Shown here in pieces: positions 10,355-21,294 of a stretch of 63,483 bases of DNA (positions are counted from its first letter, which is position 1; each line of letters starts with the position of its first letter). The stretch spans positions 1 through 63,483 of the IMG/VR virus record IMGVR_UViG_3300034013_000310, one strand, 5' to 3'. Source of the stretch: a virus (Duplodnaviria; Caudoviricetes). The notes beneath the pieces were generated by a model. The model was given only the letters and a program-made list of their open reading frames with translations. It ran no database searches and was not told the origin of the DNA. Both the position numbers and the translations under genes were made by a program.

Positions 10355-11311
10355 TTATTGTTTAGGACTAAATGTTGCTTCTTGAGCGGCTTCTTGAGCT
10401 ATTGCAAATTGAGCCACTTCTGTTTCTCTAATTGAAACTCCACAGTATTGTAGAATTTTTGTAACCAAAACATACAATTCCTCTTGAGGTAGTTCAAAAT
10501 CTTGGTAGTCAGACTGTGATTGGTCGAATACAGGTTCTCCGTTAGCAAGGGTAATGTAAGTCCATTTCGGAACTTTTGGAAACCTAAAATACACTGCTTG
10601 AACTTGACCGGCAGTATCTATTGTGTTTGGATAAACCTTTATGTTTTGACCTTCTAAAGTATATGCCGGAAAAGAATTGTTAGGCTGCGTAAGGTTGGAA
10701 GAGTTCAACATTCCTATCTTACCAACACTTACTTTTTCCGCTTCTTTAGATGTGTTTGAAAATATTTTGTAGTCAGCTCCGTTGGCTGGAAATATATTTG
10801 AACTCAATAAAATCGAAGTTTGAGAAGTAACAGACAATACCGTAGATACGGTCCCGGTATCTACATTTGTAACTATGTAACCTGCTGATATTCCATCTGT
10901 TATAAATGTAGCAGAAGAATCGTTAAGTTGATTCGATGCTGCTGATGTAATCTGTCCTGATGTAATCAACTCTGTAAAACAAAGTACTTTTAAAATGTAG
11001 TAAGCTTCATTTCCAACAGTAGTCAAAGTAGGTACAGAGAATATGTTTCCGGCAATATTAGCAAGATAGTTGTCTACTAGAAAAGATTCTAGTGTTTCCG
11101 CCAATGGACTTTCTATATCCGCATAATCTGTACCGGACACTCTAGCATTTTCAGCATTTATTATCTTATTGTAATCGGAATAATACTGTTTGTACACTTC
11201 CATTTGAGCATTCATAGCGTACAAATTGAAGTCCGATGGAGATATGTATCCATAGTTATTTTTATTAAGTATGGATAACACCGTATTTCTAACTTCGTTT
11301 ATCATTTTCAA
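10355..11311 (-). CDS. Head-tail adaptor-type structural protein
   Basis: NKNN.GYISP.DFN N-terminus and YFR.P..PKW..DFELP C-terminus; position after the capsid block. Confidence 0.6.
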   Translation of the reverse strand: MKMINEVRNTVLSILNKNNYGYISPSDFNLYAMNAQMEVYKQYYSDYNKIINAENARVSGTDYADIESPLAETLESFLVDNYLANIAGNIFSVPTLTTVGNEAYYILKVLCFTELITSGQITSAASNQLNDSSATFITDGISAGYIVTNVDTGTVSTVLSVTSQTSILLSSNIFPANGADYKIFSNTSKEAEKVSVGKIGMLNSSNLTQPNNSFPAYTLEGQNIKVYPNTIDTAGQVQAVYFRFPKVPKWTYITLANGEPVFDQSQSDYQDFELPQEELYVLVTKILQYCGVSIRETEVAQFAIAQEAAQEATFSPKQ

Positions 11312-11330
11312 ATGTTTTTACAAATATAAT

Positions 11331-11358
11331 AAAAAAAGCACAGAAATTAATCTGTGCT
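11331..11358 (-). terminator. Rho-independent terminator
   Basis: agcacaga-aattaa-tctgtgct hairpin followed by a T-tract on the minus strand. Confidence 0.7.
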
Positions 11359-11403
11359 ATTTTCGGCCAGGGATACCGCAAACCTTTATACAAACTGAAA
11401 AAA

Positions 11404-12147
11404 TTAACCTTCTAGATAGGTTTCAAGCATTTTCAATGCATCAAGACCTTCATCACTTGATAGAAAATGACCGGCTACATCATAAGGATCCTCTCCGTAT
11501 GGTACGGAAACCATTTTCTTTTTATTTGAAGGTGTGTTAAACCATATCTCTTTATCGTTGTTGCGTAACGTCAAAAACTTCTCTTCAAAGAATCTTGCTA
11601 CCTTCCCTTGAAATTGTAGCTCAGGATCGTTTATCGTGGCTAAAAAGGCCTCCGGATTAGTTTTCGCGAACACTAAGATGTCTCTTTTTAATTCAGAAGT
11701 AGAAATTAATGAAGGATCTTTACCGAACATAACTCTCGTCAATGTTTCGATTTGGTCTGTAGATAAACTTCTCGCTTGAATCAAGGCATCGATTTCAATA
11801 TCAATGTCTTTTACAATTTCTTCTGCTTCTTTTTCTTCATCCACCTCAACAAACACTTTTCCATTTAATGGATGGTAATGCAAGAAAGATTGTAATACCG
11901 GGTTTGTTCTTGGAACGCTCAAGAATCCATCTTCAAAAATGATAGGTTCTAAGATAGCATTTCCATCTTGCTCGTCTTCAAAAGGGGATTTTTGATTTAC
12001 CGCATATCTAAGTGGGCGGTTTTGATTTCTTGCTTCATCAAAGTACATCAAAGGAAATCTTTGGTGGTTTCTTGATGCTAAGACATATTCTAACGGACTT
12101 CCGTTTAAGAGCTTGTAGACCTTGTCTACTGTTTTTTGTTTTTCCAT
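11404..12147 (-). CDS. Conserved phage protein downstream of the major capsid gene
   Basis: Clean 247-aa ORF in the structural operon; function not recognised. Confidence 0.6.
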   Translation of the reverse strand: MEKQKTVDKVYKLLNGSPLEYVLASRNHQRFPLMYFDEARNQNRPLRYAVNQKSPFEDEQDGNAILEPIIFEDGFLSVPRTNPVLQSFLHYHPLNGKVFVEVDEEKEAEEIVKDIDIEIDALIQARSLSTDQIETLTRVMFGKDPSLISTSELKRDILVFAKTNPEAFLATINDPELQFQGKVARFFEEKFLTLRNNDKEIWFNTPSNKKKMVSVPYGEDPYDVAGHFLSSDEGLDALKMLETYLEG

Positions 12148-12187
12148 TTTAATAATATGATTTAATTCGATTCACTTTTTTTAAATA

Positions 12188-12215
12188 TACAGAGCCTCAC
12201 TGAAGAGGCTCTGTA
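12188..12215 (-). terminator. Hairpin after the major capsid gene (terminator or mRNA stabiliser)
   Basis: 11-bp stem tacagagcctc/gaggctctgta; weak T-tract. Confidence 0.55.
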
Positions 12216-12231
12216 GTATTTGAACTATATA

Positions 12232-13650
12232 TTAACCGTAACGGAATAATACAAAGTTGTTAGCACCTAAAGTACAAACACATCTTTCAGATAAGAAGTT
12301 AACCTCCATTGCATCCAAGTCAGATGTTTGGGCGCCTCCGGCAGAACCTGTGATCCAAGTTTTGTAACGTCTGTCCTCAGCCTCAGAAGCACGGTATCTT
12401 ACGTGCAAGAATGGTCTCTTAGCGTTTTTACCCATGATTTGGTCGTAAACAGATGTAGAACCGGCAGGAACCAATAAACCGGTGATTGTACCGGTAGCAG
12501 TACCAGCAGTAGCATTTAAACCACCTCTCATAGTAGGATCGTTCAAGTACTTCCAATCAGACTTGTAGAAGTCATAACCTCTACGGAATCCGGTGAATCC
12601 TAAGTTCAACGCCATATTGATGTCGTTGTCGAATAAACCGAATGAAGCAGACTGAGCCACACCACCTGAAGTGTAACCGTTCAATGTTGCTAACATGTTG
12701 TCGATGTCGAAAGACAATCCACGGTTAACAAACAAAGCGTTCTCTTCGATAGCACCTTGCTTATCTAAACGAGACACGATAGTATCCCAATCAGATAAAG
12801 TTGTAGGAGTACCGCCTCCCCAAACGTTTCCTCTTCCGTTTACAACGTAGAAGATACCTTCAGAACCAATGAAACCGGCAGTAGCAGCTCCAGAGCCTGA
12901 AGCAGCAGGAACAGCTTCAATCATTGCAGTTTCCAAGTAGTCTTCGAAACGCAAACGAGTTTCATGCTCTGATTTCAAGTACCATAAGTACCCGGTAGCA
13001 CCATTCTCAGTAGTAACCTCAACCCATCCGATTTGAGCCATGTCAGAACCGTTTACTGCATACTTATCTTTGATGATAATAGGGTTGTTAGAGAAGATTG
13101 TATCTTCAGCTTCCAAAGAGCCTTGCATTCCAAAAGATCCTTTTTTGAACTCAGAACCATAGATGAATACGGTACAAGCAGTAGACACAGCAAAAGCTTG
13201 TCCGGTTGCTTCGTAGTAAGCTACTGTAAAAGTAGTAGCAGAAGGAACAGCAGTAACGATACCTTTATTGAAAACACCAGAAGTGTTGTTCTGAATCATT
13301 ACAGTTTGTCCAACGCGAATTGCGATGTAAGTAACACCTGAATCAGCAACTGTTAAAGTAGCAGTGTTTGAACCTGCTGCTGCTGCTGAAGTTACGCTTG
13401 TGTACTTAATGTGAAGACGACCTTGTTCTGCCCATTTGATTTGGTCAGAGTTAGAAGGCATCTCAGCACCGACCATTCTCAAGAATGATGCGATGGTTCT
13501 ATTACCATAACGCTCAAATTCTTTCTCGTAAGTATCAGGAAGATACTGATTCAAGAAATTGAAGTTAGTAATGTAGTTTGTTTGTAAAGCTACTTGCTCC
13601 GCTGCCGGTTGTAATGCAAAAGTAGGATTACTTAATAATGAACCTGCCAT
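12232..13650 (-). CDS. Major capsid protein (472 aa)
   Basis: Follows portal and scaffold; strongly biased codons; W.EQGRLH and NFLSERC..TLGANNF motifs; followed by a hairpin. Confidence 0.8.
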   Translation of the reverse strand: MAGSLLSNPTFALQPAAEQVALQTNYITNFNFLNQYLPDTYEKEFERYGNRTIASFLRMVGAEMPSNSDQIKWAEQGRLHIKYTSVTSAAAAGSNTATLTVADSGVTYIAIRVGQTVMIQNNTSGVFNKGIVTAVPSATTFTVAYYEATGQAFAVSTACTVFIYGSEFKKGSFGMQGSLEAEDTIFSNNPIIIKDKYAVNGSDMAQIGWVEVTTENGATGYLWYLKSEHETRLRFEDYLETAMIEAVPAASGSGAATAGFIGSEGIFYVVNGRGNVWGGGTPTTLSDWDTIVSRLDKQGAIEENALFVNRGLSFDIDNMLATLNGYTSGGVAQSASFGLFDNDINMALNLGFTGFRRGYDFYKSDWKYLNDPTMRGGLNATAGTATGTITGLLVPAGSTSVYDQIMGKNAKRPFLHVRYRASEAEDRRYKTWITGSAGGAQTSDLDAMEVNFLSERCVCTLGANNFVLFRYG

Positions 13651-13668
13651 TTTTTTAATTTTTAAGTT

Positions 13669-14754
13669 TTAAAGTTTTTTAATACTGCGGATTTTTAAGC
13701 CTCTACCCGAGTCAGGATTTACCGCTTTCACCTGAATTCCTTCTGTAGATTTGCTAATTTGAGGAACCTTAACCTCAGACATATTGATATTCTTGATATT
13801 TCTAAGAGTACCTTCTGTGGCATCAGACTTACCTTGCTCATAAAAGAACTTAGCAAACTTCTCCGGATTTAAAGCCACAGCTAAAGCTTTATGATAACCA
13901 ACTGCATCTTTGACTAATCCTTGCTCATCCAAAAACTTATTGATAAAGTTTGATGGATTGGATTGAATCTTTTTTAATTCAGCAGCTTCTCCAGGATTGA
14001 AAGTAATTTTTTTGTCAGCTACATCGAATTCAAAACCTTTGAACTCTCCGCTAAACAACTCATCGGTCTTTTGTAAAAACCAATTTCTTTTTCTTTCGTT
14101 CTCCTCCTCAATAGTTTTAGCTTGCTTGGTATATTGCTTGTAGCTTTCGTAAATCTCCTTCTCTTCTTCAGAAATTTGCGGAACACTTGACTCAAGTGGC
14201 GCTTTATATTTCTCTTTCTGAGAATTGAAATATCGCTTAGCCTCAGCAACAGCTTTTTTCGTTTCTAATTTGACTTTTTTGATTGCGGAATCATCATCCT
14301 CATCTTCGTCATATCTGTAGGCGTCCATTAACACCTCAATATCTTCTTCATCCAAATCTTGTTGAGTCTCTGATAAATAGCTTCTCAACAAAGTTTCGGG
14401 ATCAACTGAATCGTAGTCTTTGTTTAGCTTTAAATAATCTTCAAGACCACGCCCGGTTTCTTTTTTGTACTTCATATAAGCAGCGACATCTTCCGGTAAA
14501 ACTTCTTCATTACCTCTCTCTGTCATAAGCTCTTCAAAAGAACTTATTTGCTTATTGTACTTTTTCTCAATAAAAGAAAGAACTTTTTCTTCTGTCAAAT
14601 CGTCTTCCGGTTCAGGAATTGGATCTGGTTCAGGAATTGGATCTGGTTGCGGATCATCATTTAACCCTTGTTCGTGCTTTTCTAAAAGCTCTTGTTCAAC
14701 TTGAGCAATGCCTTTTTCTTCGACACCATCTAATAATCTTACTTTAATTTCCAT
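13669..14754 (-). CDS. Capsid scaffolding protein
   Basis: Very acidic helical protein with a Pro/Asp/Glu linker, between portal and capsid genes. Confidence 0.7.
   Translation of the reverse strand: MEIKVRLLDGVEEKGIAQVEQELLEKHEQGLNDDPQPDPIPEPDPIPEPEDDLTEEKVLSFIEKKYNKQISSFEELMTERGNEEVLPEDVAAYMKYKKETGRGLEDYLKLNKDYDSVDPETLLRSYLSETQQDLDEEDIEVLMDAYRYDEDEDDDSAIKKVKLETKKAVAEAKRYFNSQKEKYKAPLESSVPQISEEEKEIYESYKQYTKQAKTIEEENERKRNWFLQKTDELFSGEFKGFEFDVADKKITFNPGEAAELKKIQSNPSNFINKFLDEQGLVKDAVGYHKALAVALNPEKFAKFFYEQGKSDATEGTLRNIKNINMSEVKVPQISKSTEGIQVKAVNPDSGRGLKIRSIKKL
14609..14648. repeat. 18-bp in-frame tandem repeat (PDPIPE x2)
   Basis: ggttcaggaattggatct repeated twice plus a partial copy. Confidence 0.85.
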
Positions 14755-14796
14755 TTGATTTAATTTTTACAAATTTATACAAAAATTCTTAATATT

Positions 14797-17232
14797 TTAA
14801 CGAGGCTCAAATTCTCCTAAATCAAAACCATCTAAGCTATCTTCATTCGATTCGAAGTTCAATGGAGGAAGGTTATTTTTTCTTTGCTCAATTAACTTCG
14901 ATTGCTCTGTATTTTGTTGGCTTATTCTTTTTGACTTAGCATCTTCTTTCTCTTTCTCTCTTTGGCTTAAGCTAGAAACCTCCATACCTCTTAACTGCAA
15001 GTTATAGTTGAACTCTTCGGCCATCAATTGAGATTTGTATTTAGCTTCAGCTTCCATGTTCATGATATTGTAAGTCACCTCAGCTTCTTTCAATTTCATC
15101 TTCATCTCTAACTCTATTTGCATTTTTTGCATTGCTGTTTGAGACGCGAGTTGCTGCGCTTGTATTTGTTGCTGAGATAGGATAGCTTGTTTTTGCATCT
15201 CCATTCTCTCTTCTCTTTCTTGTTTTTTAACTCTTTTGAGTTTCAATAATTGATTAGCCAATTTGATGTTCTTAATCTCTCTGATGTCAATAGCATCTTC
15301 AAGATTTATATCTCCTTTGGATAATGCCATTTGAATATTAGCCTCTAATTGAGCTTTCTCCTCTTCATCAGGAGCAACTTCTATAAATATTCCGAAATCG
15401 TAAATATACAAATCAGATATGTCTTCCAATATAGAGACATTGAATCTTCCTATCCTATTGATAAATCCTTCTTTGAAATCTGAAAACTCAAGTATGTCGG
15501 ATATTCTGTAGGTCAAAGCCTCAGCGAATGATCTATACATAAATAAGCTTCCATCAAGGATATGTCTTGTAGCAGTATTGGAATTTAAAGAAGCAAGCTT
15601 TTGTAGCCCTACTAGCGAATTAGGATCCGGAGTAGAGGCATCTCTAGCCTCGTTAAGACCGGTTACAGTCCTAATCATATCCATATAGTGGTTGTAGTTA
15701 TAGATAAGCATTTGAGCTTTACTTAACCCTGAATTAGATGTAAGCTGCTGAATAGGAACCCTAGCATTATTAAACTCTCCATCTTGTGTAAAGCTTCGTC
15801 CAATAACACTACCTGTTTGGAAGTATAACCTAAGAGCGTCTTCAGGATTGTAGGCCGCACCAGTACCAAGATCTACTTCATTGATACCATCAGCATCGAT
15901 GAATACACCATCCGGCACTACTCGGTTAATTACTTGTTGTAACTTCAAGTGGGTTATTTGAATAAGGTCTGCAAAAGGAATCATTCTTCGAACTATCGAC
16001 TCTATACTTCCTTTGTACATACGAGGTGCGCAAGCAATGTAGTTTGGTATAGCGTGTTGTGCGGCAGACTTAGGTCTAACCATATTCTCTGACATTTCCC
16101 ACTTCAATAAGATATTTGTACCCATAACCATAATACCTTCGTACCAAACGTCTATGGTTTTTTCTATCTTCTCAAAGTTTCCTTCCTGCATCATTTCGGC
16201 AGGAGGGTTAAATGTATCGTTTTTCTCTATAACTCTACTACCTCCATTGTCTAAATTCTTCTTCTTATAGACAATCTTCTTGGTTGTCTTATAGTTGAAG
16301 TAAAGCAGTGTGCATGTGTCTCTCGCGAACATGCTATCTTCGTAGAACTGAGCTACATTGTAATAGTCATACCAACTTTGACTATACTGACTAATCTCTT
16401 TCAAATCTTCTTTAGTCAGTGATTGGTCTATTTTCATTAATTCAGAGATAGGAAGAGTTTTGATTTCTCCCCAATAAAAACAATCTCTAAAATATGGATC
16501 TTCTGTATAGCTGTAGACCACATTAGCAGGATCTACATAAGAAATTTTAACTCCGGCACCAGGAAGAAACTCTTGTTTACCAACGGATATTCCTATGGTG
16601 GTTGCGTCATAGTTCAATCTCTTTCTGATTTCATCATAGTGATTCTCCTCGAAAATAGTATTAATAGCCTCTTCTTCAGCTATTTCTATTGCAGGCTTAT
16701 AATTAAGCTGCATGTATAATGAAAGTTCTTCGTCGTTTTCAGGTAACTGTTCTGGATCCATAGCGAATGGATCGTATCCGGTCATGTCTCTAACAATTTC
16801 AAGCATAGGCTTTGCAGACATCTGCATCTCAATTTGTTCCTGATACTTGTTTTTCTTGGCTTGAGACATAGCATCTTGAGCTACTGCCTTAACCTTGAAT
16901 AATCTGTCCGACATTCCGTTTACTATGATGTCTACAAACTTAGGTATAACCGGAACAGGAGTCCAATCCAAATTCAAATAAGACAAATCTCCATTTACAG
17001 AGATTTCATTCTTGTATTTAGCAATAGGCTGTTCACCTCTAGCATACAATCTTAATCTATGGAATTCTCTCCATTGACCGTAGTATCTGCACGTATTTCC
17101 ATCCTTTCTAAACCATTCATATTGAATAGCTTGTCCTACTTGTAATCCGAACTCTTTAGAGGTTTTCTCTGCATCCGTAGCTGTTTGACTAGGAAATACA
17201 GATGAGGTTATATCTATTTTTATATCTTTCAT
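14797..17232 (-). CDS. Portal protein (811 aa)
   Basis: Directly after the terminase; IPKFVD.IVNG and TGLNEARD motifs; Gln-rich coiled-coil barrel at the C-terminus. Confidence 0.8.
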   Translation of the reverse strand: MKDIKIDITSSVFPSQTATDAEKTSKEFGLQVGQAIQYEWFRKDGNTCRYYGQWREFHRLRLYARGEQPIAKYKNEISVNGDLSYLNLDWTPVPVIPKFVDIIVNGMSDRLFKVKAVAQDAMSQAKKNKYQEQIEMQMSAKPMLEIVRDMTGYDPFAMDPEQLPENDEELSLYMQLNYKPAIEIAEEEAINTIFEENHYDEIRKRLNYDATTIGISVGKQEFLPGAGVKISYVDPANVVYSYTEDPYFRDCFYWGEIKTLPISELMKIDQSLTKEDLKEISQYSQSWYDYYNVAQFYEDSMFARDTCTLLYFNYKTTKKIVYKKKNLDNGGSRVIEKNDTFNPPAEMMQEGNFEKIEKTIDVWYEGIMVMGTNILLKWEMSENMVRPKSAAQHAIPNYIACAPRMYKGSIESIVRRMIPFADLIQITHLKLQQVINRVVPDGVFIDADGINEVDLGTGAAYNPEDALRLYFQTGSVIGRSFTQDGEFNNARVPIQQLTSNSGLSKAQMLIYNYNHYMDMIRTVTGLNEARDASTPDPNSLVGLQKLASLNSNTATRHILDGSLFMYRSFAEALTYRISDILEFSDFKEGFINRIGRFNVSILEDISDLYIYDFGIFIEVAPDEEEKAQLEANIQMALSKGDINLEDAIDIREIKNIKLANQLLKLKRVKKQEREERMEMQKQAILSQQQIQAQQLASQTAMQKMQIELEMKMKLKEAEVTYNIMNMEAEAKYKSQLMAEEFNYNLQLRGMEVSSLSQREKEKEDAKSKRISQQNTEQSKLIEQRKNNLPPLNFESNEDSLDGFDLGEFEPR

Positions 17233-19475
17233 GTAATCAACTTACTTAATGTTCCTTCGTTAGAATACCTTGCGAAGTTAATAATAATTTTTGAATCTTT
17301 TTTTTCAGGCACATACAAATGCTTTTGATTGGCCATTATAGCCAATCCCGAACTAATTGAGGCATCATGCTTTGTTCTGTCGTTGATGTCAAATTTAGCC
17401 CAATCCTCAAGAGTTCTTGTGAAAGGCATTGTACCCATACAGTCCGGATCTCTATATGTTCCGGTCATGTCAATTCCAACATATTTCTCTATGTATGACT
17501 CTATCGCCGAAGCATGAGATTGCTTCACATCTTCTGAAGTGTTAGGTATACCTCCCAATTCGCGCTCTGTCTTTGACAACTTACTAAGCGGCTTATCCGG
17601 TCTGTTTAAAGCAAATCCTCTGTACCCTCTGTTTTTAAAGTGGTATAACAATCGAGGTTTATTGTTTTCGGCAAGCACCGGCATACCGTAAAATATGCAA
17701 GCCATCAATACATCTTCAAAGAATATCTCTGCGGTCTGAGGCCTTGCTATGTATTCAAGGAAAAACTCATTACTTGGAGCTTCATCCATGTTAAATTTAG
17801 TTAGACCATGGAGGGAACCGTTTGAACCTCTGCCTCCGACAACCGCCGATATGTCGTATGGATCACACCCGAAAGAACCTATGTGTTCATTCCCGGGATA
17901 TTTCGAACCATTCCTTGTATGAATATTGTTTTGTAGATGTCTTTGAGGAATCCAACTAACCAAAAATCTACCTCTTTGGTCAGGAGTCCAAACTACCTGA
18001 GTGTCCTTGATGCCATCCTTCCAATGAAAAGAACCTCTTGTTAAGTAATGCTCTTTTATAAGTCCATCGTTGTAGTCTATCTGTTGATATATTTTGGTGA
18101 GGTTAAAGATAGATGACTTACTCTCATCTCTAAAAGCGTGAGAAGTAGTTCTTGGGAACTGTCTGTAAAACTCATTCAACGCATCTGCATCCCTCTTCAA
18201 AGAATCAACCTCTGCTTCCCAATAGTCTATGGCTCCATTTTTTATCCAAGCTCCATCTATACCTTTTATCGGTTCTTCAGGCTTTCTAAATACCGGCATG
18301 CCATACATATCTATAAACCCCTCCATATTCCATTCCATAGGAATAAACAAGGCGTACAATCCACTCTTTGTTTGGCCGTTTGCATTTCGTTTTGCAACTA
18401 TTGAATCTTCGTAAATATCCTTGTAGTTTTGACCTCCTTTTGACAAGGCATTTGAGGTTGAACCCATCATACATTTACCTATGATTCTAGAACCTAATCG
18501 CAAACACGTTTTAGTAACCCTCCAATTCTCCTTTATGTTATTTGGTTTAGTCCACTTACCGGACTCATCATGAGCCAAGAACAATAATTTTTCACCATCG
18601 TAAGAGTTGTCATCTGTATTTTTCCAGTCAATAGAGGTATCAAGACCTTCGATGATTTCTTCATTAATGTCATACATATTTTTCTTAGTGATTTTTGATG
18701 CCGGAACCCTAAATGCCAACTCTGTTTTTGGCTTGTCCATACCATCCATAATAGGTCTGAAGAAAAATGGAAGTCTGCTGTTTATCGGAACAACTTTGTC
18801 AGTAAACATCTTTTTAGCATCCTGACCTGTCTTGGATAGAATACCTATCCTTGAATCTCTTGCTAATGTACCGACATTAACAGCTTCGGAAGATGCCATA
18901 AAAGAAAATCCTGAACGTCTTATCTTTAAATATATCATCCCGAAACATCTTTCGTCAGCCCTACATGCTTCCCAAAAAATCCAATATATTCTGTTTGCTT
19001 CACGAAAGTCCGGATATCCAACATCTATACTAGACCATTGTAAATACATCCAGTGTGAGCCGGTTATGTAGGTCTTCTTTCCGTTGTTCATAAACCAAAA
19101 TCCATATTCTCTATGGTCGAACTGTCTTTCGATATAATCTACCCATCTGTTTTTAAATTCAGAAGGCATTTGGTTCCACTGAAATATTGACTGTATTTTG
19201 GCAAGCTCTTTTGGTATATTCTCCCTTTCCCAATACTGCTCTTGTCTACTAAAAGTTCTTTTGTAACAGTCTTTAGGTTCTGCCGGAAGGGCAATATAAA
19301 GCCCGGCGATATTGTATATATCACCTATCTGACCGGTCTTTGAGATAATAACCATGTCGTACTTATCATCATAGCCGTATATCCAAGACCTATTAAGGTT
19401 TTTCTTTGCTATGGTGTTTTTTGGAACATGGTCTTTTACTACCGTGTATAGACTATTTAGATCTTCTTTCTGCAA
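17229..19475 (-). CDS. terL: Terminase large subunit
   Basis: LKIRRSGFS Walker A, LAHDESGK Walker B, MMGST motif III, RNase H-like GCDPYD and HDASISS acidic motifs. Confidence 0.9.
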   Translation of the reverse strand: MQKEDLNSLYTVVKDHVPKNTIAKKNLNRSWIYGYDDKYDMVIISKTGQIGDIYNIAGLYIALPAEPKDCYKRTFSRQEQYWERENIPKELAKIQSIFQWNQMPSEFKNRWVDYIERQFDHREYGFWFMNNGKKTYITGSHWMYLQWSSIDVGYPDFREANRIYWIFWEACRADERCFGMIYLKIRRSGFSFMASSEAVNVGTLARDSRIGILSKTGQDAKKMFTDKVVPINSRLPFFFRPIMDGMDKPKTELAFRVPASKITKKNMYDINEEIIEGLDTSIDWKNTDDNSYDGEKLLFLAHDESGKWTKPNNIKENWRVTKTCLRLGSRIIGKCMMGSTSNALSKGGQNYKDIYEDSIVAKRNANGQTKSGLYALFIPMEWNMEGFIDMYGMPVFRKPEEPIKGIDGAWIKNGAIDYWEAEVDSLKRDADALNEFYRQFPRTTSHAFRDESKSSIFNLTKIYQQIDYNDGLIKEHYLTRGSFHWKDGIKDTQVVWTPDQRGRFLVSWIPQRHLQNNIHTRNGSKYPGNEHIGSFGCDPYDISAVVGGRGSNGSLHGLTKFNMDEAPSNEFFLEYIARPQTAEIFFEDVLMACIFYGMPVLAENNKPRLLYHFKNRGYRGFALNRPDKPLSKLSKTERELGGIPNTSEDVKQSHASAIESYIEKYVGIDMTGTYRDPDCMGTMPFTRTLEDWAKFDINDRTKHDASISSGLAIMANQKHLYVPEKKDSKIIINFARYSNEGTLSKLIT

Positions 19476-19731
19476 AACCTTGTTTTGTATCGTTTAAACT
19501 TGTTCCTCTTTGAGTCAACATAATGCTTTCTTTTTCAGTTTCTATTCTATTAAGAATCTCAAAAGCATCTAATATCGCTAGTTTTTTTGTGGCAGCAGCA
19601 TTCTTCAACTTGTCGGCAGACAAGTCATCATCGTCCTTATTTATTATAGGCTCTTCGGCCACTTTAATAAGTTCGTCTACTGCTTTATGGCCAGCCTCAA
19701 TTATTCTTAATTTTATTTGTTCAGAATTCAT
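19453..19731 (-). CDS. Putative terminase small subunit
   Basis: Small helical protein overlapping the terL start. Confidence 0.45.
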   Translation of the reverse strand: MNSEQIKLRIIEAGHKAVDELIKVAEEPIINKDDDDLSADKLKNAAATKKLAILDAFEILNRIETEKESIMLTQRGTSLNDTKQGFAERRSK

Positions 19732-20291
19732 AATTTGATTGTTATTTGATGATCGAACATTCTGTATAATTTTTGCCCATCCACTTCGAATTCATATTCG
19801 CTGTCCGGAGCAAAACAAACTAAATCCCCTTTATTTATACCTTTTTCTAAAAGATATTCATTCGGGTAAACCATTTCACCAATAAGTGGTTCATTTGCAA
19901 ATGGCTTGTCAATGTATGTTTTTAATGCCGGCACAGGACTAACGAAGCAATATCTGTCATAAGCAATCCACTGCCCATTTCTTTTATGCATAAAGAATTG
20001 ATCCGGCTCTATGAAAAACAAATCGTCTTTGAAAAAACTTTTTCCGCTTTTTTGCCTTCCCCTTATGTCGTTATAGTATTTGAAAACATTATGATGAACA
20101 AGCAATATGTCTCCAACTTGAACTTGACCGTTGTAGTTTAAAGGAAGCTCAATAACCTCGGCAAACCTATTTGAAAACTTATGGTCTTCCTCGGAGGTGC
20201 TTATTATTAAATCTATTCCTTCTACCTGTTTCGTATTGGAATATCTTTTTCCTGATACCGGTTTTGCTATAAAATAAAAAGGTGATTTCAT
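19728..20291 (-). CDS. Tandem GroES-fold (co-chaperonin-like) protein
   Basis: Two GroES-like halves: VGDILLVHH and KGDLVCF..SEYEFEVDGQKLYRM...I. Confidence 0.55.
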   Translation of the reverse strand: MKSPFYFIAKPVSGKRYSNTKQVEGIDLIISTSEEDHKFSNRFAEVIELPLNYNGQVQVGDILLVHHNVFKYYNDIRGRQKSGKSFFKDDLFFIEPDQFFMHKRNGQWIAYDRYCFVSPVPALKTYIDKPFANEPLIGEMVYPNEYLLEKGINKGDLVCFAPDSEYEFEVDGQKLYRMFDHQITIKL

Positions 20292-20518
20292 TAAAAATCT
20301 ATATTAAATTCAATTGAACAAGGTACTGAATGGTTAAATTCTTTCCATAAAAGTACTTCTTCTTTTTCATTAATAACGAATATTTTAATAGATTTTGTTT
20401 TTTTATCTTGTCTTATGCAATGAATTTCACTGCTATTACTTAGGACTTTTTGTCCAACTATGTAGTGCATAGCGCCGTTCTTATAGTCAGGCCCTATTGC
20501 TATTTTCCTGATGTCCAT
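20291..20518 (-). CDS. Hypothetical phage protein (MDIRKIAIGPDYK...)
   Basis: Fills the gap in the operon; start set at the internal ATG. Confidence 0.6.
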   Translation of the reverse strand: MDIRKIAIGPDYKNGAMHYIVGQKVLSNSSEIHCIRQDKKTKSIKIFVINEKEEVLLWKEFNHSVPCSIEFNIDF

Positions 20519-20520
20519 AA

Positions 20521-20871
20521 TTAAAAGATTGAATTGTAAACAAAAGAGGCAAAAAGCCCTCCGTAGCATCCGGCCCAAATATCAAGCCAATCCCATTTGT
20601 ATCCTAACTTAATTTCTCTGTACCATTCTCTAGCAAAGTTTCCCATCCATGCTCCAAACCATCCAAATAGTATTACTACCCAAAAAGGAGCATCATCAAA
20701 CTTCATAAAAAAGTGAGCAAAAGCAAACAACCCTAACAATATAAATGCAGAGTAATTAAAGTGTTTATCTCTTCTTTGTTTTTTAAAATCTTTATTAAAG
20801 ATGTTTTTAAAATTCTTAAAAGGATTCCACAATGATTGTAAAAGATTTTCAAATGGTGTTGGTTGTTTCAT
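20521..20871 (-). CDS. Membrane protein
   Basis: Three hydrophobic segments; DK-H and DW.DI motifs. Confidence 0.55.
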   Translation of the reverse strand: MKQPTPFENLLQSLWNPFKNFKNIFNKDFKKQRRDKHFNYSAFILLGLFAFAHFFMKFDDAPFWVVILFGWFGAWMGNFAREWYREIKLGYKWDWLDIWAGCYGGLFASFVYNSIF

Positions 20872-21290
20872 AACGTTATTGAATTTGATTGAATAAATAT
20901 TTCGTTTACCTGCGTATCGGTAAGTCCTAATTGCTGTTGTAAAAACATAATTGTAGGAGAATGTTTATCAATAGTATTTCCATAATTCCAAATATAGTTT
21001 GCTGCTGTCTTCTGAGGCTCTGGAAGGCTATTTAAAGCATCTGACACAGCCTGCTCTAAATTCATCTGAGACAGTATAAATCTAAGCTTCCAAAGAGCTA
21101 CTTCTAATGGTGTATTGAGTGATATTTCTTCTTCAGGTGTAAACAATTCACTTGGCTCTACAGTTCCTCCTGCAATAAGAAATTGTAAATACTGTTGATA
21201 CTCAATAGATGATTCGTCCATAGGAACTAATGTTACTATTCCTAAATCTTCTTTAATAATATTTCCGTATTTTGATATATAATAACTCAT
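20868..21290 (-). CDS. Tail fibre assembly/chaperone-like protein
   Basis: Follows the fibre gene; YQQYL.F...G N-terminus and W.Y...I....P..LGLTD.QV.EIF C-terminus. Confidence 0.55.
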   Translation of the reverse strand: MSYYISKYGNIIKEDLGIVTLVPMDESSIEYQQYLQFLIAGGTVEPSELFTPEEEISLNTPLEVALWKLRFILSQMNLEQAVSDALNSLPEPQKTAANYIWNYGNTIDKHSPTIMFLQQQLGLTDTQVNEIFIQSNSITL

Positions 21291-21294
21291 ACTA